From IMG/VR virus record IMGVR_UViG_3300046002_004363, positions 1-64,000 of that record: a stretch of DNA of 64,000 nt, one strand, 5' to 3'. The position numbers were made by a program, and so were the translations under genes. Positions 1 to 7,506 of the stretch are shown piece by piece. The notes beneath the pieces were generated by a model, which worked only from the letters and a program-made list of their open reading frames with translations, was not told the origin of the DNA and made no database searches. The DNA is from a virus. How positions within the stretch are numbered: position 1 is the first letter of the stretch; each line of letters begins with the position of its first letter.

Positions 1-94
1 TTTTAATATTTCTTTAAAGAGGGTGGAAGAAAAAAGAAAAGAAAAAGAATTTAACGTAGTAACTTCATTCGGAGATGGAATGTAGTATTACTGC

Positions 95-220
95 TAACGT
101 TCCGCATATTAACGATGTGGCGTATTTAAACACATACGAAAACAAATAAACAACAAACAAAAAGTGAGCCGACACATTTCGGATTAACCAAAGCCAAGCC
201 ATATCGGTAATATGCTGTTA
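95..220. repeat. attC-like hairpin element 1 (TAAC...GTTA)
   Basis: TAAC-gttcc-GCATATTAACGATGTGGC pairs with GCCATATCGGTAATATGC-t-GTTA (18-bp stem, one G:T, one mismatch) around an A-rich loop. Confidence 0.8.
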
Positions 221-247
221 TATGATGGCTTTATATTCACAAATATT

Positions 248-514
248 ATGAAAAATTTTAAACAATTCAGAAGAAGTCAAATTGCAGAAATGAGAGAAGT
301 AACAGAAGTAGATATTAATGTGTTTAATAATCACGGATTTATTCATATATCTGAATACCCATTTGGTTATAATGTATCTATTTCTGATGCAGATAAAAAC
401 AACGGAAGTCCTAAAATTGGAGATATGATTTCAAGAAACCCTAAAAACCACTTTGACCAGTGGTTAGTTTCTGAACAATATTTCAAAGATAACTTTGAGC
501 AGTTAGTTGAGTAA
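248..514 (+). CDS. small cassette-borne phage protein (paralogue of 2569-2847); in-frame upstream ATG at 212
   Basis: ORF; ACAAATATTATG start context shared with 2569; C-terminal 35 aa identical to the paralogue. Confidence 0.8.
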   Translation: MKNFKQFRRSQIAEMREVTEVDINVFNNHGFIHISEYPFGYNVSISDADKNNGSPKIGDMISRNPKNHFDQWLVSEQYFKDNFEQLVE

Positions 515-530
515 GCTATTATATAACGTT
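407..530 (+). repeat. 124-bp exact direct repeat, copy 1 (copy 2 at 2740-2863)
   Basis: AGTCCTAAAATTGG...AAGCTATTATATAACGTT identical at offset 2333. Confidence 0.95.
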
Positions 531-653
531 TGCCCGCTATAATTTCAGCGTGGTGTGACACACAATAGCCTTTCGATTAAGCAAAAAGAAAACAAGAGTA
601 CAAAATGAACATTGAATTAAACCTTATGCCACAATTGAATAAACACGCTGTTG
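524..653. repeat. attC-like hairpin element 2 (degenerate)
   Basis: TAACG...TTCAGCGTGG / CCACAATTGAA...GCTGTTG; same length and ends as the others but weaker pairing. Confidence 0.6.
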
Positions 654-826
654 TGCGATGGTGCTTTTAAATATAAATTATGTTAGGACAAAGAGTATAT
701 TTTGATTATGGCTTTGGCTCACGAGGATTTGGAACTTATGTTTATTGTGCAAAAACTCACAAAGTATTAATGTTTTTTAAAGATGAAAATTAAAACCCGA
801 TTGAAAGGTAAAATGCTATAAATATT

Positions 827-1066
827 ATGGAATTAAAAAGAGAATTATCGTTAGGAGAAAAAAGATTGAGAATTAATTTTGATGACATCTTGACCAATGA
901 ATGTAGTGAGCATTTAAAGTTGAAATATGAACTTGCAAAAGTCATAAATAGAATTGATGCTCTTGAACAAAATGGAAGTGAACACGGAAGATTGAAATCA
1001 TTAGCAATGACAGATATTGAAAATGCTTCAATGTGGATTACAAAAGCTTTTACTCACAAGATTTAA
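827..1066 (+). CDS. Acb2/Tad1-like helical hairpin protein, putative anti-defence nucleotide sponge
   Basis: 79 aa; C-terminal RLKSLAMTDIENASMWITKA resembles the Acb2-type R..A.A.T..E...M...A helix. Confidence 0.55.
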   Translation: MELKRELSLGEKRLRINFDDILTNECSEHLKLKYELAKVINRIDALEQNGSEHGRLKSLAMTDIENASMWITKAFTHKI

Positions 1067-1151
1067 TTTGTTCTTTACAAATGGTTGGCGAATTATCAAA
1101 AATTCCGACTACAAAACAATTATTAGAAATCTTCAAAAAAGAAAAACAACT

Positions 1152-1385
1152 ATGAAACAAACAGCAATAGAATTTTTAATTAAACAATTAGAAATTCTTA
1201 ATTTAATAAAAGAGGGAGATATAGAAAACGAACTTTTTAGGCAAATTGAATTAGAAGCCAAAGAAATGGAAAAACAACAGATTATAGATTCAAATATTTC
1301 GGGTATGGAATTTATAGCAGTAGACCCAAACAAATACAATGAAGATGCTGAAAAATATTACAACGAAACTTTTAAAAACAGATAA
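1152..1385 (+). CDS. hypothetical protein, MKQTA...AKEME..QII family (paralogue of 63696-63923)
   Basis: Likely start MKQTAIEFL inside track ORF 1017-1385; termini shared with the paralogue. Confidence 0.7.
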   Translation: MKQTAIEFLIKQLEILNLIKEGDIENELFRQIELEAKEMEKQQIIDSNISGMEFIAVDPNKYNEDAEKYYNETFKNR

Positions 1386-1428
1386 TATTTATGGAATAGT
1401 GGTAATGGAAAAATATTAAATTAAAAAA

Positions 1429-1686
1429 ATGTCGCATAAAAAAATGTCAGAAAGAAAATTAGAATTAGATAATATAGTGGATATTTTATCCAAAATAAAA
1501 GATGATGATTTTTATTTTAAAGCTTATGCAAAAGATATAATTAATAGTTATATTAAGCAAGAATTTAAAAAAGCTTATAGTATTGAGGAAGTAATAGATA
1601 TTTTAGAAATATTTCGTTATGATATTGAACAAGGAAATGATTCGGAAAATATTCAAGAATGGTTTAAAAAATACATAAAACAATAA
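1429..1686 (+). CDS. hypothetical protein (YS.EEV family)
   Basis: ORF with YSIEEV...WFKK motif like 62136-62348. Confidence 0.65.
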   Translation: MSHKKMSERKLELDNIVDILSKIKDDDFYFKAYAKDIINSYIKQEFKKAYSIEEVIDILEIFRYDIEQGNDSENIQEWFKKYIKQ

Positions 1687-1691
1687 TAAAA

Positions 1692-1907
1692 ATGAAAGTA
1701 GTACACAGTCCAAGAACAAAAAAAGCCGACAAAGTAGTTAATTTACTTTTTTATGGAGATTTTAATTGCACAACTGGTTTCGGTAATGTATCGAAACAAC
1801 TTATTAATAGTTGGAGCAAAAATAAAAATTTCAATATCACAATATTGGCAATTAATGATTCATCTGAAAAACCATATAATTACAAAAACAATTTACAAAT
1901 TTTTTAA
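1692..1907 (+). pseudogene. N-terminal fragment of a GT-B (GT4-like) glycosyltransferase
   Basis: LLFYGDFNCTTGFGNVSKQL resembles the GT4 N-terminal strand-loop-helix; ORF stops after 71 aa at the junction repeat. Confidence 0.5.
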
Positions 1908-1920
1908 AAACAAATAAGAT

Positions 1921-2070
1921 ATGATAAAAGATTTTATAAAATTTGTAATACTACATCGTTGGAATAAAATAAATGAATCACACGTTAGATTTGCTGAATT
2001 AAGTGAATTTAAACCAAATGGATTACATTTAAGACTTTATAATTATATTAAAAAAATTAATAACATTTAA
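1921..2070 (+). CDS. small hypothetical protein (49 aa, not in ORF track)
   Basis: ATG to TAA between two TTTAAAAACAAATAAGATATG junctions. Confidence 0.55.
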   Translation: MIKDFIKFVILHRWNKINESHVRFAELSEFKPNGLHLRLYNYIKKINNI

Positions 2071-2083
2071 AAACAAATAAGAT

Positions 2084-2353
2084 ATGACAGCAATAGATAT
2101 TGAAAAGTTAAACCAACTTATATCAAGAACTGATATTAGTGGTAACGATAAGGTAAGGTGGCTTACAGACTTCATAGATGGTAGAGAATTTCAGCAACAA
2201 CAAGACAAGAAAATGTATAGCGAGGAAGAAGTAGATGTATTAGTAGATATGTTACAAAAATGCAAAGAATATTTTTTACTGAAAACTGATTCTAAAAGCG
2301 AAGAAAGAGCAGATGCAATAGGAGAAGTACTTAAACAATTTAAAAACAAATAA
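2084..2353 (+). CDS. hypothetical protein (QQDK..YSEEEV family)
   Basis: ORF; motif shared with 62136-62348. Confidence 0.7.
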   Translation: MTAIDIEKLNQLISRTDISGNDKVRWLTDFIDGREFQQQQDKKMYSEEEVDVLVDMLQKCKEYFLLKTDSKSEERADAIGEVLKQFKNK

Positions 2354-2356
2354 TAT

Positions 2357-2524
2357 ATGAAAAATTTAACAGAAACACCAAATCCAGCTGATTTTATGAT
2401 GTTGGGAGAAAAAGCATTTGAAGAAAATGTACATGAAAAATTAAGAGAAACATTATCTCCAACAGAAAAACAAATGTGGATAAGTGGATATTTGTTTGCT
2501 TTAACTCAACAAAATAAAAGATAA
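2357..2524 (+). CDS. small hypothetical protein (55 aa, not in ORF track)
   Basis: MKNLTETPNP... ORF directly after a junction repeat. Confidence 0.55.
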   Translation: MKNLTETPNPADFMMLGEKAFEENVHEKLRETLSPTEKQMWISGYLFALTQQNKR

Positions 2525-2568
2525 AACAAAACAAAAACCCGATTGCAAGGGTAAATGCTACAAATATT

Positions 2569-2847
2569 ATGGAATATTTTAAAAATTACAGAAGAACACA
2601 AATTGCAGAAATGAGAGAAGTAACAGAAAGCGATATTACAGACTTTCATAATATAGGTGCTATTGTAATACCATCTGATTTAGGAGATTGGAAACACCCA
2701 ATAAAAGTTAGTATTTCTGATGTAGATTTATTAAACGATAGTCCTAAAATTGGAGATATGATTTCAAGAAACCCTAAAAACCACTTTGACCAGTGGTTAG
2801 TTTCTGAACAATATTTCAAAGATAACTTTGAGCAGTTAGTTGAGTAA
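2569..2847 (+). CDS. small phage protein, paralogue of 248-514
   Basis: YRRTQIAEMREVTE...SPKIGDMISRNPKNHFDQWLVSEQYFKDNFE. Confidence 0.8.
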   Translation: MEYFKNYRRTQIAEMREVTESDITDFHNIGAIVIPSDLGDWKHPIKVSISDVDLLNDSPKIGDMISRNPKNHFDQWLVSEQYFKDNFEQLVE

Positions 2848-2863
2848 GCTATTATATAACGTT
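2740..2863 (+). repeat. 124-bp exact direct repeat, copy 2
   Basis: identical to 407-530. Confidence 0.95.
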
Positions 2864-2981
2864 AAAGCATATATTTCAGTAGCGTAATAGTAAACAATAA
2901 AGTAAAAATTAAACAATTAATAACCAAACAAACACTAACACAACGAAAGCATATAGTAGCTATTGAATATATGCAGTGTTA
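2857..2981. repeat. attC-like hairpin element 3
   Basis: TAAC-gttaaa-GCATATATTTCAGTAGC / GCTATTGAATATATGC-agt-GTTA, with one bulged T and one G:T. Confidence 0.85.
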
Positions 2982-3326
2982 GTAGCTGTTTTGAAATTCA
3001 CAAAAATTATGAATACAGATGAATTTATTTTACCGATTATTTTAGTTTCTGTTTTGCTAATTATGATAGTAATAGGAAATATTAAAAAACGTGCTTTTTT
3101 GAAAGGATATAAAAAAGCGGAATTTGATATAACATCAAGTATGTTAGATAATGCAACTTGGTTTGGTAGCAGACCGATATTTTACAATACACTTTATTTA
3201 TTTGCTGTTAAATACAGAAAATACGGTTATGTTTCAGCAAGTAGATTTCGTGATGATATTTTAAGTATTGACCAAGAAAAAAGAGTTACAGATTTACCTA
3301 AAGAAGAACTTGAACGTATTGTTTAG
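2976..3326 (+). CDS. cassette-borne membrane-anchored hypothetical protein
   Basis: hydrophobic FILPIILVSVLLIMIVIG; flanked by GTTAGTAGCT (2978) and AGCTACTAAC (3334-3343). Confidence 0.7.
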   Translation: MLVAVLKFTKIMNTDEFILPIILVSVLLIMIVIGNIKKRAFLKGYKKAEFDITSSMLDNATWFGSRPIFYNTLYLFAVKYRKYGYVSASRFRDDILSIDQEKRVTDLPKEELERIV

Positions 3327-3389
3327 GAAACATAGCTACTAACTACTTGATTGACGAAACAACACCACACTGTAACTAACTGATTTACA

Positions 3390-3623
3390 ATGAAAAACTT
3401 TGAGATAGTAAGTATAAATTACAAAGTATATTGGAGGTTTAAAGAACACCATAATTATAAAGTAACGCTATGCAAGAAGATAATAAATTGTCAACGTGGA
3501 ATCATAATAAAACAATCAGTTAAGGGTGGTAGTATAGGTTATTACATATCAGGTAAATTCATAAAGAGGAAAGACTTAAATAAATACATAGAAGTTATAC
3601 CTAAAGAAATATATCCTTTTTAA
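3390..3623 (+). CDS. hypothetical basic protein
   Basis: ORF only. Confidence 0.6.
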   Translation: MKNFEIVSINYKVYWRFKEHHNYKVTLCKKIINCQRGIIIKQSVKGGSIGYYISGKFIKRKDLNKYIEVIPKEIYPF

Positions 3624-3645
3624 TTAGTTATTTGAATTTTATATC

Positions 3646-3653
3646 TATATTTG
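3646..3653 (+). promoter_or_regulatory. Bacteroidota-type -7 promoter element TATATTTG (also + strand at 7163, 7490, 35542, 49821, 57979, 58207)
   Basis: matches the TAnnTTTG consensus, intergenic, upstream of + strand genes. Confidence 0.75.
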
Positions 3654-3724
3654 CATATCTGAATATCCGACACGGAGAAGCCGAACACCGAACATAGTAG
3701 GCAATACATTTTAAATTATATTAT

Positions 3725-4021
3725 ATGGCTCAATTAATTGCAGTTAGCGTTGATCTAACAAAAATTGACAAAACAAGAATCGTTGAAGGTAAAAATGGAG
3801 GTAAGTACATAAACCTTACCATCTCTGTAAACGATGAGGAGGACCAATACGGAAACAATGTTTCTCTATGGCAGTCGCAAACAAAGGAAGAGCGTGAGGC
3901 TAAGGAGAATAGATTGTTCTTAGGTAATGGAAAGTCATTATGGAGTGATAGTGATAAAGGTGCAAAGACATCTAAGACTTCTAAGAAAGAAGAGGCTCAC
4001 AATGATTTACCTTTTAACTAA
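3725..4021 (+). CDS. putative single-stranded DNA-binding protein
   Basis: beta-rich small protein with DLPF tail, adjacent to ERF. Confidence 0.55.
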   Translation: MAQLIAVSVDLTKIDKTRIVEGKNGGKYINLTISVNDEEDQYGNNVSLWQSQTKEEREAKENRLFLGNGKSLWSDSDKGAKTSKTSKKEEAHNDLPFN

Positions 4022-4114
4022 GGGTTTTCAGTAATCCCGAAATAAAAAAACTGATTAACACATTTGATTTAGAGGTTTTCGTTGAGAAATACTACTAAAT
4101 AACACAACTAACCT

Positions 4115-4147
4115 AAAGAGAGGTATCGTATGGTACTTCTCTTTTTT
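4115..4147 (+). terminator. intrinsic terminator
   Basis: AAAGAGAGGTATC-GTAT-GGTACTTCTCTTT plus T run. Confidence 0.75.
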
Positions 4148-4167
4148 AATACAAAACAAATTAAATT

Positions 4168-4752
4168 ATGGCAACAGCAAAAAAAACACAAGAAACATTA
4201 GAAGAGAAATTAAATCTTATTCAAACAACTCTTAATGCACCAAAGAATTTATACAACTCATTTGGTAAGTATTCTTATAGAAACCTAGAAGGTATATTAG
4301 CAGGTGTAAAACCACTATTAAAAGATACAGGTTGTACTTTTGTCTTATCTGATGATATGGTGGAAGTAGGAGGTAGGATATACGTTCGTTCTTGCGCATC
4401 AATTAGTTATGGAGGGGAAACAATAGAGTCTTATGGTTGGGCTAGGGAAGAAGAAAGTAAGAAAGGAATGGATGCATCGCAGTTAACTGGATCTACATCA
4501 TCTTATGCTCGTAAATATGCTGCAAATGGTTTATTCGCTATTGACGATACGATTGATGCAGATGGATATAACACTCACGGAAAAGATGAAGTTACAAAAC
4601 CTAATAACTCCACAGCGCCAACCCCTAAGAAACCAACAATAAGTGACTTATCAAAGGTTAAGGATGCCTTAAAGAAAGATAGGGAGGCGACACTGAAGAT
4701 GCTTGAGAAGTACGACATAACGCCAGAACAAAGAAAGGAGCTTGGTATTTAA
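4168..4752 (+). CDS. erf: ERF-family ssDNA annealing protein
   Basis: KN.YNSFGKYSYR, AREEESKKGMDASQLTGSTSSYARKYA..GLFAIDD. Confidence 0.9.
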   Translation: MATAKKTQETLEEKLNLIQTTLNAPKNLYNSFGKYSYRNLEGILAGVKPLLKDTGCTFVLSDDMVEVGGRIYVRSCASISYGGETIESYGWAREEESKKGMDASQLTGSTSSYARKYAANGLFAIDDTIDADGYNTHGKDEVTKPNNSTAPTPKKPTISDLSKVKDALKKDREATLKMLEKYDITPEQRKELGI

Positions 4753-4776
4753 CCAGGCTCTTAAATAAAGTAATAT

Positions 4777-5496
4777 ATGAATAAGATAATCCTCATAGAC
4801 GCTGACAGTTTTGCATACATAGGTAATAACTGCGAAGAAGTAGACCAAGCATACGACAAAGTAGACCAGGCAATATCAAATATTATAGTGACATCTGGAG
4901 CAAGTCATTACACATTATTTGTAGAGAAACCATTCAACAATAACTTCAGGAAAAAAATTGTAAAGAGTTATAAAGTTGGTCGTGCAAACAAAGAACTGCC
5001 TAAGTTCTACAATGAAATTAAGGAATACTTAATTGGCAGTTGGAACGCTTATGGTCTCGGAGGTTATGAAAGCGATGATGTACTAATCTCCTACCACAAG
5101 AAGTGCAAAGAAGAGTATCCATTTACAGAGGTGGTTATTGCATCAATGGACAAGGACCTCAAGCAATATCCGATAGTAATGTTTGACACCTACTACCAGA
5201 GATTTGGTCAGGTGTATAATATCACAGAAGAGGAGGCTAATTATAATTTATGGGTTCAGGTGATTATGGGCGACAGCACTGATTCAATTAGTGGTATTAA
5301 GGGCAAAGGTATCAAGTATGCAGAAAGTGTCTTAAAAGGCTCTAAGAATCACTTTATGACCACTTGTCGAGCATATCGTGATAACTACGGAAGTAGATGG
5401 CAGAAGAACTTTATAAAGAATTACGTTCAGGTTAAGTTATTAGATAATCTGAATGTTAAGATTGACTTAACTGAGGTAGATTTTAATCAAGAATAA
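4777..5496 (+). CDS. 5'-3' exonuclease (T7 gp6/FEN-like)
   Basis: LIDADS, ESDD, SMDKDLKQ, GDSTDSISGIKGKG motifs. Confidence 0.85.
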   Translation: MNKIILIDADSFAYIGNNCEEVDQAYDKVDQAISNIIVTSGASHYTLFVEKPFNNNFRKKIVKSYKVGRANKELPKFYNEIKEYLIGSWNAYGLGGYESDDVLISYHKKCKEEYPFTEVVIASMDKDLKQYPIVMFDTYYQRFGQVYNITEEEANYNLWVQVIMGDSTDSISGIKGKGIKYAESVLKGSKNHFMTTCRAYRDNYGSRWQKNFIKNYVQVKLLDNLNVKIDLTEVDFNQE

Positions 5497-5499
5497 ATT

Positions 5500-5808
5500 A
5501 TGGCAAAACAAAAGGTAGAAGCATTTTTCCCTAAGGAGGAAGAAATAGCAATGGTAGGGGTAATTAATAAGGAAGTCAAGGTGGCTTTCTCAGTAGAGAA
5601 GGCAGATTACGGATTCTATGTGGTTAGATATAACCTTAATGACAATTTAGAGGGTATTAAAGATACCATAAGTTATAAGAGGATTGACACGAATGAGAGT
5701 GATAGTAAGAGGAATAGGGTTGTGTTTAGCAATCAAAGTGATGCAGAGAGAGAGGTTATTCAGTCATACAATCAAGTGTTTAACTATATTCAAGAAAAAA
5801 GAAGGTAA
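5500..5808 (+). CDS. hypothetical protein
   Basis: ORF in operon. Confidence 0.65.
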   Translation: MAKQKVEAFFPKEEEIAMVGVINKEVKVAFSVEKADYGFYVVRYNLNDNLEGIKDTISYKRIDTNESDSKRNRVVFSNQSDAEREVIQSYNQVFNYIQEKRR

Positions 5809-5810
5809 CT

Positions 5811-6206
5811 ATGGGTATAGAAAGAGAGTTCATTCCATATGAACAAGCATTAGCTTTAAAAGAATTAGGATTTGATGAGCCTTGTTTTGGTTATTATACT
5901 GGAGATAAAAAACATCTTGTACTAAGACCAAATATGGGTAGGAGAAATGAAGATTTGAATGATATAGTTTGTACTGCGCCACTTTACCAACAAGCATTTA
6001 GATGGTTTAGAGAGAAGTATGAATTTGAATTTCATATTGGATGTTATAGACATACTTCTGTAAAATACTATCAGGTTTATTTAGATGACGTATTAGGTAA
6101 ACGTTCTTATAGTTTTGGAAAATCACTTACTTACGAAGAAGCAGAACTTGAATGTTTGAAGAAACTAATATCAATTATAAAAGAAAGTAAAAATGGAAAC
6201 AATTAA
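5811..6206 (+). CDS. hypothetical phage protein
   Basis: PYEQALALKELGFDEPC...APLYQQAFRWFREKY...TYEEAE. Confidence 0.7.
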   Translation: MGIEREFIPYEQALALKELGFDEPCFGYYTGDKKHLVLRPNMGRRNEDLNDIVCTAPLYQQAFRWFREKYEFEFHIGCYRHTSVKYYQVYLDDVLGKRSYSFGKSLTYEEAELECLKKLISIIKESKNGNN

Positions 6207-6444
6207 GGAGAAAATTATCAATAGAGTAAATGTAATATACAATACTCTAATCAATGCAAATAAAAAAGACTCTGTATCGGAGGATGTTAAGAGTATTAGA
6301 TTTGTGGTATTCAATGGTAAGACCACAGAAGAATCAATTAAGATTAAGAAAATGTTTGATGTAGTCTTCGAGAGAGAATTAAATAAGAGATTACAAGAAG
6401 CAAATAATGAATTAAGTATAATTAATAACCATATAAATAAATAA
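6193..6444 (+). CDS. hypothetical protein
   Basis: ORF overlapping the upstream stop. Confidence 0.6.
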   Translation: METIKEKIINRVNVIYNTLINANKKDSVSEDVKSIRFVVFNGKTTEESIKIKKMFDVVFERELNKRLQEANNELSIINNHINK

Positions 6445-6448
6445 GATT

Positions 6449-6931
6449 ATGTATTTAGACGAAGCAATTTATAACATTGTAGTAAAGGAATCGAAAGAAG
6501 TTAAGGGAGAAGAAACTAAATCATTTGTTGGTAGAAAACTTAAGTGTATGGAAGACAATGCAAACTACACATTAGCTGTGAAAGGAGAGGTAGTTGAAGT
6601 GGTAAATCAAGATGGTAGTGTATTAACCATAAGCAAACCAATAAATGGTATTGATGGTATGAAGATAACTTCTTGTATGATTGGTAAGGAATTTAAACTA
6701 CTAAAGAAGAAAGGCAAGAAAGATACCATAGTTGAAGCAATTGTAGATAAATTTAAGAGCAGGAGTGATGTTGGTATTAAGAAATACAACACCACATTAG
6801 ATAGGGATGACCTTACAACAGAGCAGTGGATTGATCACGCAATTGAGGAAGGAATGGATATGATTCTATATTTAGAGAGATTAAAGAGAGATATAACTAA
6901 TATTAAGAAAGCTGTAGGAGATGGAAAATAA
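6449..6931 (+). CDS. protein with C-terminal all-alpha NTP pyrophosphatase-like domain
   Basis: R...G.KKY.TTLDR....WIDHAIEE.MD..LY. Confidence 0.5.
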   Translation: MYLDEAIYNIVVKESKEVKGEETKSFVGRKLKCMEDNANYTLAVKGEVVEVVNQDGSVLTISKPINGIDGMKITSCMIGKEFKLLKKKGKKDTIVEAIVDKFKSRSDVGIKKYNTTLDRDDLTTEQWIDHAIEEGMDMILYLERLKRDITNIKKAVGDGK

Positions 6932-7151
6932 GACACTGCAAAGGGTAATCTTTGAACTATCTGGGCAAAAGAATAATAGGGAGTTTGCAAAGTACATCAG
7001 GAGATCAGAGAGTTACACATCAAATATGATAAACTCAGATAAGAACATAAGTGTTGAACTCGGAATTGATATGATGCAGAGAATGTATTTAGATAAGGAA
7101 TTAATTAAGGAGGTTATATTAAATTATATAGATGAAGCTTTCTTTATTTAG
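6921..7151 (+). CDS. putative XRE-type HTH protein
   Basis: NREFAKYIRRSESYTSNMIN. Confidence 0.5.
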   Translation: MENKTLQRVIFELSGQKNNREFAKYIRRSESYTSNMINSDKNISVELGIDMMQRMYLDKELIKEVILNYIDEAFFI

Positions 7152-7230
7152 AAGATAGTTCTTATATTTGCAAAGGTAAAATAGCTAAGCTGTGTAAAGC
7201 GTTCAAACTGATAATTGATTAGAAGCTAAA

Positions 7231-7306
7231 TCCAAAGTAGTGTAACTTGGTAACACAATCAATGGGCAACTGTTGATAAATGAAGTTTCGAATACTTCCT
7301 TTGGAG
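7231..7306 (+). ncRNA. tRNA-like RNA without a canonical anticodon loop
   Basis: acceptor TCCAAAG/CTTTGGA+G; D arm GTGT/ACAC; T arm GAAGT-TTCGAAT-ACTTC; anticodon arm ATCAATGG-GCAA-CTGTTGAT. Confidence 0.8.
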
Positions 7307-7313
7307 CATAGTA

Positions 7314-7451
7314 GTTTTCTTATGATAAAAATCTTTACAAATCCTGTAAGGTAGCTATTCCACTTGGTCGTTTCAACTGACAGTATAAGAAAACGGTTAA
7401 CTCATAATTGACTGTCAAAAGTGGATATGGATTGACTGATGGAAAGACATC
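7314..7451 (+). ncRNA. candidate pseudoknotted structured RNA
   Basis: GTTTTCTTAT/ATAAGAAAAC crosses TCCACTT/AAGTGGA and TGACAGT/ACTGTCA; ends in a hairpin and T run. Confidence 0.5.
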
Positions 7452-7506
7452 TTTTTTTTGTAATCACTTTTTTGTATTAAAATATTTTGTATATTTGCAG
7501 AGCAAT

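Noticed and set aside
1017-1151. N-terminal extensions of ORFs 1017-1385 and 63663-63923
   Set aside because: Paralogue comparison places the starts at MKQ (1152, 63696)
407-2863. Diversity-generating retroelement (TR/VR pair)
   Set aside because: The copies are identical with no adenine-specific differences, and no reverse transcriptase was recognised
1-3343. CRISPR array interpretation of the repeats
   Set aside because: Elements differ in sequence, are over 100 bp and are separated by whole genes; no cas genes seen
7231-7306. Ordinary decoding tRNA, or a theta/HDV ribozyme after it
   Set aside because: No 7-nt anticodon loop; no HDV-like core recognisable at the 3' end
7434-7451. Third hammerhead (CTGATGGAAA)
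   Set aside because: Core is not CUGANGA and stems II and III are missing
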